Source of the DNA: an uncultured archaeon
GTDB taxonomy: Archaea; Iainarchaeota; Iainarchaeia; Iainarchaeales; 0-14-0-20-30-16
Assembly: GCA_964480435.1 (NCBI GenBank)
Contig: CAYZSS010000024.1
Location: 1 to 12,705, forward strand
Length of the DNA stretch: 12,705 nucleotides
Direction of reading: 5' to 3'
Part shown: one piece after another, positions 6,856 through 12,705 of the stretch
Position numbering within the stretch: the first letter of the stretch is position 1
How the letters are laid out: the number at the start of each line of letters is the position of its first letter
Translations under genes and position numbers: made by a program
Notes under the pieces: model-generated
What the model was told of the DNA's origin: nothing
Databases searched by the model: none
Seen by the model: the letters and a program-made list of their open reading frames with translations, nothing else

Positions 6856-7818
6856 TTATTTAGTTTGTTTCTGTTTATCTATTTCTTTTTTCATGTCTTT
6901 CATCGCATCTGCATATGAATATTTTGGATTATACCCAAAATCTTTTTTAGCTTTGCTTATGTCGAATATCTGACTCTGTTTTAATATCTCGTTAATATCT
7001 GGTTTATAAATTATTTTTGATGGATTTCCAGGCGGAGAAAATGCCCCTATAATTGCTTTTGCTTCATCTTCAATTGTTATCCCTTTTCCGGAACCGATGT
7101 TATAAACACCATTTGCTGTTTTACTTTTTATAGTCCCGATAATTGCAGCAACAACATCCTTTATGTACACTAGATCTCTCTTTATTTTATGTTCTCCCCA
7201 AATTTCTATTGGTTCGCTTTTCATTGCTTTCTGAATGAACTGGTAGTAAACACAATTTAAATGTGTGTCTGGACTGCCGTATCCACGTATTCCAGGAAGT
7301 CTTAAAGAGATACCCTGCATTCCAGTACCTCTTACATATGCTTCAATAAAATTAACTCCTGCAATTTTTGAGACAATATAAGGGATGGCACTTTCAGGTC
7401 CGAATCTACTTCCAAATTGTCTTGGTGTTTCTTCAGTTATAATTACCTCTTTTGCACAATTTACATCACTGTGAGTCATAGTATAAATTATTTTTTTACA
7501 GCCGCTTTTTCGACAATATTCTAATACGTTATATGTGCCCAAAGCATTTACTAAAACATAGTCTCTTGGTGTTTTTTTGTCAATATCTATGTTTAACAAT
7601 GCTGCAGTGTGAACTACTGCCTCCACATCTTTCTGTGGCAGCTTATCAAAATCTTCTGGTTTTGAAACATCTACTTGCACAAAAGGAATCCCTAACTTTT
7701 TGTAATACTCTTTTCCTTTTTCGTTTCTACTTGTTGCTATAACTTCAAAACCATCTTTAACTAATTGATCAACTGTATTTCGACCAACAAATCCTGTAGC
7801 TCCTGTAACTATTATCAT
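6856..7818 (-). CDS. NAD-dependent NDP-sugar epimerase/reductase (extended SDR)
   Basis: 'MIIVTGATGFVGRN' (GxxGxxG), 'VVHTAAL', and the catalytic YxxxK in 'PYIVSKIAG'. ATG 7818 has an AGGAGA SD 9 nt upstream. The ORF track starts at GTG 7827, which overlaps the upstream stop (GTGA). Confidence 0.8.
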   Translation of the reverse strand: MIIVTGATGFVGRNTVDQLVKDGFEVIATSRNEKGKEYYKKLGIPFVQVDVSKPEDFDKLPQKDVEAVVHTAALLNIDIDKKTPRDYVLVNALGTYNVLEYCRKSGCKKIIYTMTHSDVNCAKEVIITEETPRQFGSRFGPESAIPYIVSKIAGVNFIEAYVRGTGMQGISLRLPGIRGYGSPDTHLNCVYYQFIQKAMKSEPIEIWGEHKIKRDLVYIKDVVAAIIGTIKSKTANGVYNIGSGKGITIEDEAKAIIGAFSPPGNPSKIIYKPDINEILKQSQIFDISKAKKDFGYNPKYSYADAMKDMKKEIDKQKQTK

Positions 7819-7823
7819 ATATT

Positions 7824-8795
7824 TCACTCTCCTTTCATGCTTTTTAAATACCAGTTTACTGTATTTTTCATGCCTTCCTCAAAGCCTACTTTTGGATTAA
7901 ATCCAAAAATATCTTTTGCTAAATAGATATTTGCAATATGTCTTTTAACATCTCCCGGTCTCGCGGGTTCGAATTTTATTTTTTTGTCACATTTTAAAAG
8001 TTTCATGATTTCTGTTATTAAACTTAGGATATTAATTTCTTTTCCACTTCCGATATTAATGATTTTTCCTCTTGTGTCTTTATTTTTGTATATTTCTATA
8101 GCTGCAGTAGCAGTATCGGTAACATAAATGTAGTCACGAGTCTGTTTGCCATCACCATAGATAACAGGTGTTTCATTATTGTAAAGTCTTGTTATTGTTA
8201 AAGGTATAACCCCTGCATAAGCGCCCGCATTTTGCCTGGGCCCATAATTATTAAAAGGCCTTACGATTGCACATTCTGTACCAAATGTTCTATAATAAGA
8301 TAATGCAATTAAATCTCCTGCTGCTTTGCTTGCTGCATAAGGAGTAGATGGGCCTAACGGGTGCTTTTCACTCATAGGTTCATCATGTTGTGATGATCCA
8401 TAAGCTTCTGATGAAGAAAAGTGAATAAGCGTTTTAAAGAGCCCTAATCTTTGAAGTTCGCATATTGTTGTTACTATTTCAATATTTTTGTCAGTACTTT
8501 GTTTTGGAACCTCAAGTGATGCGGGTAAAGGAATAACTGCAAGATCGAATATGACATCAATTTTATGTTTTGTTAATATTTTTTTCATTGCTTCAAAGTT
8601 TGCTGCATCTTCTTTGTATAAAACAAGTTTACTAAATTTTTTCTTTGCGTCTTTAAGGTTGCTTTCTTTACCAAGAAACATATCATCGACAACAATAATC
8701 TCTTTTGGATTTTCAATTACTAAGGCATCAACTAAATGGCTACCTATAAAACCAGCACCACCAGTTACTAGGACAGATATATTATTTAAATTCAT
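7824..8795 (-). CDS. NDP-sugar 4,6-dehydratase-like enzyme (extended SDR, RmlB/UXS-like)
   Basis: 'VLVTGGAGFIGSHLVDAL', 'FSSSEAYG', 'YAASKAAGD' (YxxxK), 'VRPFNNYGPRQ' and 'GDGKQTRDYIYVTD' are typical of RmlB-like dehydratases. There is an AGGAGA SD 7 nt upstream, and an ATGA overlap with the degT-like stop (8792-8795). Confidence 0.8.
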   Translation of the reverse strand: MNLNNISVLVTGGAGFIGSHLVDALVIENPKEIIVVDDMFLGKESNLKDAKKKFSKLVLYKEDAANFEAMKKILTKHKIDVIFDLAVIPLPASLEVPKQSTDKNIEIVTTICELQRLGLFKTLIHFSSSEAYGSSQHDEPMSEKHPLGPSTPYAASKAAGDLIALSYYRTFGTECAIVRPFNNYGPRQNAGAYAGVIPLTITRLYNNETPVIYGDGKQTRDYIYVTDTATAAIEIYKNKDTRGKIINIGSGKEINILSLITEIMKLLKCDKKIKFEPARPGDVKRHIANIYLAKDIFGFNPKVGFEEGMKNTVNWYLKSMKGE

Positions 8796-9919
8796 TTTAA
8801 TTCTCCTAAAGTTTCATTAAGTATTTTTGCTGCAATGTCAATCTCTTCTTCTTTTAAAGTATAATACATTGGCAGCGCTAAAGCTCTATTATAGATATCT
8901 AATGATTTTGGACATTTGTCTTTTGAGTTATATATTGGTTGAATATGAGATGCGTAGGTTCCAATCTGAGTCTGTACCCCTTTTGCCATGAGTTTTTCAA
9001 TTAGTTTGTTTCTATTTATTCTTTTATCTGTCAGGGCAATATAACTTTGATAAACAGGTCTTACATTTTTATTAATATATGGGGGCTCAATGAAGTCCAT
9101 TTTTTGAAGTTTTTCATCCCAGTACTTTGCAAGCTCTTGTTTTCGTTTTATTATTTTTTCAAGCTTCTGTAATTGGGCAACACCTATTGCTGCAGTTATA
9201 TCACTCATTTTATAATTATATCCTATTTTTGTAAATTGTGGAATGGTGAATTCGTTACCTTTTTCTCTGTCCCATGCTGATGTCATGCCAAAAACAGAAA
9301 TGTTGCGCATATCATCAGCCATGTTCTTGTCATTAGTTACAACCATGCCTCCTTCTCCAGTAGTTATTCCTTTCCTGGCATGGAATGAAAAACAACCAGT
9401 GTTTCCAATTGTTCCTGCATATGTATTTTTATATTTTGCACCGATGGCACAGGCAGCATCTTCTATTACTTTTAAGTTATGGTCTTTAGCAATTTTTATA
9501 ATTTTGTCCATCTCTACGGGTTGTCCAAATGTATGTACAGGTATGATAGCTTTTGTTTTGTTAGTTATTTTTTCTTCAATAAAATCAGGGTCTATATTGT
9601 ATGTTTTTGGGTCTATATCAACAAATACTGGCTTAGCATTGCAGTATAGTACAGAATGACCTGTTGCAGGAAAAGTATAATCGGCAACTAAAACCTCGTC
9701 TCCAGCTTTTACTCCAATGTTAAGTAGGGATAAGTGTAATGCAGCAGTACAATTTGTAACGGCGATTGCGTACTTGACTCCAAGGTATTTTGCAACTTTC
9801 TCCTCGAATTCTTTCACTTTTGGACCTTGAGTAACCCATCCAGAATCTAGTACTTTTTGAACTTCTTTTATTTCGTCTGAATCAAAATATGGTCTTAATA
9901 AAGGGACTTTTATATTCAT
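8792..9919 (-). CDS. DegT/DnrJ/EryC1/StrS-family PLP-dependent sugar aminotransferase
   Basis: 'LLRPYFDSDEIKEVQKVLDSGWVTQGPKVKEFE', 'VTNCTAALHLSL', and the PLP-lysine region 'FSFHARKGITTGEGGMVVTND'. A GGTG SD-like motif lies 7 nt upstream of ATG 9919. Confidence 0.9.
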   Translation of the reverse strand: MNIKVPLLRPYFDSDEIKEVQKVLDSGWVTQGPKVKEFEEKVAKYLGVKYAIAVTNCTAALHLSLLNIGVKAGDEVLVADYTFPATGHSVLYCNAKPVFVDIDPKTYNIDPDFIEEKITNKTKAIIPVHTFGQPVEMDKIIKIAKDHNLKVIEDAACAIGAKYKNTYAGTIGNTGCFSFHARKGITTGEGGMVVTNDKNMADDMRNISVFGMTSAWDREKGNEFTIPQFTKIGYNYKMSDITAAIGVAQLQKLEKIIKRKQELAKYWDEKLQKMDFIEPPYINKNVRPVYQSYIALTDKRINRNKLIEKLMAKGVQTQIGTYASHIQPIYNSKDKCPKSLDIYNRALALPMYYTLKEEEIDIAAKILNETLGELK

Positions 9920-10054
9920 ACTTTAGCACCACTTTTTGTTAAATGTAATATTTTTTAGGTCAAAAACTTATAATCTATTCTTTTATAAAGTAAAGAAACA
10001 AATCTTTATATATATATATTGTAAGGGGTTTTAAAGCCAAAAATTTTACATATA
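9920..10054. promoter_or_regulatory. Divergent promoter region between the sugar-modification operon (minus) and the flippase gene (plus)
   Basis: 135-bp noncoding gap carrying several TATA-like elements: CTTATAATC 9967-9975, TTTTATAAA 9981-9989 and a (TA)6 tract 10007-10019. No transcription start can be assigned from sequence alone. Confidence 0.4.
10007..10019. repeat. (TA)6T dinucleotide microsatellite inside the divergent promoter
   Basis: TATATATATATAT read directly from the sequence, 36 nt upstream of the flippase ATG. Confidence 0.9.
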
Positions 10055-11623
10055 ATGGTTTATTCTAAAGTAATAGCCGCATTTTTATTCTTTATTGTCT
10101 TTTTAATTATTATGGTCTTAAAATCTAAAAAAGAAAAGATAATAAAGGCGTCTTTGCAATTTAGTGTTTCCAATATATTGTTGAGGATTTCTCAAATTAT
10201 TCAGGGCCTATTTGTAGCAAATATTTTAGGCCCAACTATGTTTGGAATAAAAAATGCAATTCAACTAATATCAGATTATGGTTATTATGGGCACTTTGGG
10301 TCTTTAAGCATATTTAGTAAAGAAAGACAAAAGCTAGAGTTTGATGATACTTCTAAACGTGATTATTATACCAATATAATATTTACTTTTCTTATGTTAG
10401 TTAGTGTAATTATTATTTTTATCTCTATTATGTGCTTCTTTTTCTTGAATTATTCTTTTTTAACTAGAATGTCTATTTTGATAATTGGATTCCTTATCCC
10501 TGTAACATTATTTATAAATTTTATGTCTATAATATTCCAATCTAAGGGTGATTTTCAGTCCCTGTCTGTTATTAATATTACCCAAGCCGTACTTGTTTTA
10601 ATATCAATTATATTGTTTGTATACTTTCTTGGTGTTATTGGTTATTTTTTGGGCTCTTTAGTGGGTTTCTTTTGTATTCTGCTATTTAGGTGGCTAAAAA
10701 TAGATTATACTCCTAAATTAGTATTTAATTTTAAAACAATATTTTTATTATTAAAACAGGGTTTAGTGTTGTTTTTATTTAGTTTAAGTTTTTTGTTTTT
10801 CTTTAGTATTGACCGTTTTTTCATAATCTATAATTTTGGTGCTACTGAATTAGGTTATTATGCAATAGGGGTGTTTTTTGCAAATTTAATGTATTTTTTT
10901 ATGGCAACTTTAGTTATACCTTTTATTCCAAAAATCTTTCAAAATATTGCAAGTAAAACAGAACTATATAAATATATTATAATTCCAACAAAAATAACTA
11001 ATAATATTATTTACTTTTTTGTTTTTTTAGTGCTATTTTTGTATCCATTTTTAATTTTTATCTTGCCAAAGTATTCCGCTGGTTTTTTATATGTCAATAT
11101 TTTAATCTTTTCAATATTGTTTTATCCTCTTTTAATAACTAATTACTTTGTCGGTGCAAACAAAGAGAAATTCTTACTCTGGTATACCTGCTTATTTGTC
11201 CTATTTGCTGCAATATTGGATTTTTGTGTAGTAATTTTTAAATTGCCTCCAATATTTATTGCAGTAGCAACTATGGTAACTTTTTTCTTTTATGGTGTTA
11301 GTATGAATTTAATAGGTTATAAAGATTTATTAGGTTCTTACAAAAAAGCTCTAAAAGAAGTATTCAACTGTCTTTGGCCTTTAGGATATGCTCTGGTGGG
11401 CTATGGTCTGCTTTGGCTTCTTGCACACTTTTGGTTGTACGATTTTATTAATTACTATATTGTAAAAGCAATTCAGGCGGTTTTGTTTACTATCTGGTAT
11501 GCTCCAATCCTTTGGAAAATAGAAAAAGAGCACAGAATACTAAAAATGATTTGGGAAGGTATTAAAAGAAAGCTAAAAGGAAAAGATCAAGCAGTAGATA
11601 ATCTGCAAGATACTATTTCCTAA
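10055..11623 (+). CDS. Oligosaccharide/polysaccharide flippase, MOP superfamily (Wzx-like)
   Basis: 522 aa, very hydrophobic, with many predicted TM helices. The N-terminal 'SNILLRISQIIQGLFVANILGPTMFG' resembles the conserved first helices of Wzx/polysaccharide-biosynthesis (PST) proteins. It sits in a glycan-locus context. Confidence 0.8.
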   Translation: MVYSKVIAAFLFFIVFLIIMVLKSKKEKIIKASLQFSVSNILLRISQIIQGLFVANILGPTMFGIKNAIQLISDYGYYGHFGSLSIFSKERQKLEFDDTSKRDYYTNIIFTFLMLVSVIIIFISIMCFFFLNYSFLTRMSILIIGFLIPVTLFINFMSIIFQSKGDFQSLSVINITQAVLVLISIILFVYFLGVIGYFLGSLVGFFCILLFRWLKIDYTPKLVFNFKTIFLLLKQGLVLFLFSLSFLFFFSIDRFFIIYNFGATELGYYAIGVFFANLMYFFMATLVIPFIPKIFQNIASKTELYKYIIIPTKITNNIIYFFVFLVLFLYPFLIFILPKYSAGFLYVNILIFSILFYPLLITNYFVGANKEKFLLWYTCLFVLFAAILDFCVVIFKLPPIFIAVATMVTFFFYGVSMNLIGYKDLLGSYKKALKEVFNCLWPLGYALVGYGLLWLLAHFWLYDFINYYIVKAIQAVLFTIWYAPILWKIEKEHRILKMIWEGIKRKLKGKDQAVDNLQDTIS

Positions 11624-11627
11624 ACCT
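11617..11627 (+). repeat. Left copy of a perfect 11-bp direct repeat TTCCTAAACCT (contains the flippase stop codon)
   Basis: Read directly from the sequence. An identical 11-mer lies at 12395-12405. Confidence 0.9.
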
Positions 11628-11687
11628 CTTGATGGTTATGAATTAAATAGTGCACCCTAAAAACAAGCATTTTTAAATGTTTTGATG

Positions 11688-11705
11688 TATTTATATGTAT
11701 AAATA
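11688..11705. promoter_or_regulatory. Palindrome TATTTATA-TG-TATAAATA overlapping TATA-like boxes upstream of the antitoxin gene; candidate promoter/operator
   Basis: 8-bp perfect inverted arms (11688-11695 and 11698-11705), 30 nt upstream of ATG 11735 and about 18 nt upstream of the GAGGTG SD (11723-11728). The composition is AT-only, so a chance origin is possible. Confidence 0.3.
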
Positions 11706-11734
11706 ATGTTTTATTGTGAGAAGAGGTGGATTTT

Positions 11735-11977
11735 ATGGCTACTATGACAATTTCTATTCCTGATGATGTTAAATTGGCAATGAGTAACTTGGATGAGGTT
11801 AATTGGTCTGGATTTATACGGAAGAAGGTTGTAGATAAAATTAATATGATTAAATTAAAGGAATCAATATCTGGCAAGGTAGAACAAGATATGAAAGAAA
11901 GCCAATTTTGGGTTGAAAAGGTAAGAGAAGATAGAAAAGAAAGAGTAAAAAGACTTAAAGCTGAAGGGCTGATTTAA
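11735..11977 (+). CDS. vapB: Ribbon-helix-helix type antitoxin (VapB-like)
   Basis: 80 aa. The N-terminal 'MTISIPDDVKLAMSNLDEVNWSGFIRKKV' is a typical RHH beta-strand plus helix start. The C-terminus is charged. GAGGTG SD lies 6 nt upstream of ATG 11735 (the ORF track starts at GTG 11726). The stop overlaps the toxin start (TAATG). Confidence 0.7.
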   Translation: MATMTISIPDDVKLAMSNLDEVNWSGFIRKKVVDKINMIKLKESISGKVEQDMKESQFWVEKVREDRKERVKRLKAEGLI

Positions 11978-12381
11978 TGCATTTAGTAGTTGATACTAAT
12001 GTTCTGTTTTCATATTTTAAAAATAATTCTGCAACAAATAAATTAATTAAAAGTAATTATTTTGTCTTGCATTGCCCTGAGTATGCAAAAGTTGAGTTAA
12101 AAAAATATAAAGGAGACATTAAAACAAAATATTCTTTAACTGAAATTGATTTCTGTAACTTATTGCTAGAATTAACTGACTATGTTACATTTTATTCCCA
12201 AGGCAAATATGCTAAAGATATAAAATCATTTGCAGGATTTGAAGATAAAAAAGATATTGATTTTTTAGCATTGGCATTACATCTAAATTTGCCTTTGTGG
12301 TCAAATGATAAATTATTGCAAATGCAATCAAAAGTAAGGGTATTGTCTACTAGGGATGTATTTGATTTATTAGATACTTAG
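11977..12381 (+). CDS. vapC: PIN-domain ribonuclease toxin (VapC-like)
   Basis: 134 aa. 'HLVVDTNVLF' supplies the first PIN acidic residue. Further conserved acidic positions are in 'AKVELKK', 'DKKDIDFLALA' and 'LWSNDKLL'. It is coupled to the upstream small RHH gene. Confidence 0.8.
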   Translation: MHLVVDTNVLFSYFKNNSATNKLIKSNYFVLHCPEYAKVELKKYKGDIKTKYSLTEIDFCNLLLELTDYVTFYSQGKYAKDIKSFAGFEDKKDIDFLALALHLNLPLWSNDKLLQMQSKVRVLSTRDVFDLLDT

Positions 12382-12394
12382 ACTAAACTGCAGG

Positions 12395-12405
12395 TTCCTA
12401 AACCT
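12395..12405 (+). repeat. Right copy of the perfect 11-bp direct repeat TTCCTAAACCT
   Basis: Read directly from the sequence. It lies 14 nt after the PIN stop codon and abuts the TATA-like box of the next gene. Confidence 0.9.
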
Positions 12406-12413
12406 TTTTATAA
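12405..12413 (+). promoter_or_regulatory. TATA-like box TTTTTATAA (also contains a perfect bacterial-type TATAAT at 12409-12414)
   Basis: It is centred about 25 nt upstream of ATG 12434, the spacing expected between an archaeal TATA box and the start of a leaderless mRNA. There is no SD before the ATG. Confidence 0.3.
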
Positions 12414-12433
12414 TCTAATAATTCTTATTACTT

Positions 12434-12705
12434 ATGGCTAAATGTAATTTTCTTTTGTTCATTGGCCTTTTTACTGTTATATTTGTTATTCTCTGCTCTT
12501 TCTCCTTTGCAGATAAACTTGTGCTTATAACAAACTCGCAAGTAAGTCCAAATATTTCGAATTCTTCTAATGTGCTTATGGAAAAGGGCTTGACAAATAC
12601 TTCTACAAGTTTGCATAGGGAAAGGGATTTGAATACAAACCCTACTCGTTTTGTTCCAAAAACTAATCCCGAATTACTTGATTTCTCAACATCTCAACTA
12701 AAAAT
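12434..12705 (+). CDS. Partial (3'-truncated by the window edge) secreted/membrane-anchored protein of unknown function
   Basis: Not in the supplied ORF track because it has no stop in the window. My own translation from ATG 12434 is open for 90 codons to the end: 'MAKCNFLLFIGLFTVIFVILCSFSFADKLVLITNSQVSPNISNSSNVLMEKGLTNTSTSLHRERDLNTNPTRFVPKTNPELLDFSTSQLK'. An in-frame TAA lies at 12419-12421. The N-terminus looks like a Sec signal peptide. Confidence 0.5.
   Translation, partial: MAKCNFLLFIGLFTVIFVILCSFSFADKLVLITNSQVSPNISNSSNVLMEKGLTNTSTSLHRERDLNTNPTRFVPKTNPELLDFSTSQLK

Noticed and set aside
7533-7742. 69-aa plus-strand ORF inside the SDR epimerase gene
   Set aside because: It is antisense to a gene with clear GxxGxxG and YxxxK motifs.
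8488-8820. 110-aa plus-strand ORF over the dehydratase/DegT junction
   Set aside because: It is antisense to two strongly supported genes, with an S/F/L/I-rich artefact-like sequence.
9243-9659. 138-aa plus-strand ORF inside the DegT aminotransferase gene
   Set aside because: It is antisense to the best-supported gene in the window. Long antisense ORFs are common opposite real genes.
11660-11683. AAAACA...TGTTTT stem with a T5-containing loop after the flippase gene, as a possible terminator
   Set aside because: It is a 6-bp A/U-rich stem with a 12-nt loop, so it is thermodynamically marginal. It may contribute oligo-T termination signals but cannot be supported as a discrete terminator.
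11620-11877. 85-aa minus-strand ORF overlapping the antitoxin gene and its promoter
   Set aside because: It is antisense to the RHH antitoxin, which has an SD and a coupled PIN partner. It has no motifs or SD of its own.
12428-12616. 62-aa minus-strand ORF listed in the track (MQTCRSICQALFHKH...)
   Set aside because: The opposite (plus) frame is open from ATG 12434 to the window end and has a convincing signal peptide and a correctly spaced TATA-like box. The minus ORF is K/R/C-rich with no features, so the plus ORF is preferred.
12620-12645. GGGATTTGAA...AACCC motif resembling the reverse complement of a tRNA T-arm
   Set aside because: The sequence after ATTTGAA (TACAAACCC) does not pair with the preceding AAGGG at T-stem spacing. 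No acceptor, D or anticodon arms can be built, and the region is coding in the plus frame.

Overview
Visibly AT-rich prokaryotic DNA. It uses TGA, TAA and TAG as stops and has strong Shine-Dalgarno motifs (AGGAGA, GGAGGA, GAGGTG). The content is almost entirely a surface-glycan (N-glycan, O-antigen or capsule type) biosynthesis locus in three blocks, followed by a toxin-antitoxin pair and one edge gene.

(1) A plus-strand operon (32-4001): a split Alg14-like/Alg13-like glycosyltransferase pair, an AsnB-family glutamine amidotransferase and a GT4 glycosyltransferase. It has ATGA start/stop overlaps at 547-550 and 2889-2892.

(2) A convergent minus-strand operon (9919 down to 4015): a DegT-type sugar aminotransferase, two extended-SDR NDP-sugar dehydratase/epimerases, a FemAB-like GNAT-fold transferase, a CE4-like deacetylase, and an uncharacterised two-lobed Rossmann protein split into two overlapping ORFs.

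(3) A Wzx/MOP-type flippase (10055-11623), transcribed divergently from operon 2.

Downstream lies an RHH-antitoxin/PIN-toxin (VapBC-like) pair. After that, a signal-peptide ORF runs off the window edge.

The observations most worth follow-up are:
- A canonical A_AAA_AAT -1 slippery heptamer sits exactly at the junction of the split Rossmann gene.
- A perfect 11-bp direct repeat brackets the toxin-antitoxin module, which looks like a cassette insertion between the flippase stop codon and the next gene's promoter.
- The gene combination predicts an N-acylated, possibly aminoacylated, 4-amino-6-deoxy sugar plus an amidated uronic acid.

I saw no rRNA, tRNA, CRISPR array or transposase. The TATA-like boxes, a possibly leaderless last gene and the style of the RHH/PIN pair lean towards an archaeon (DPANN or methanogen-like). 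A small-genome bacterium cannot be excluded from sequence alone. All family assignments come from motif recognition by eye, not from searches.
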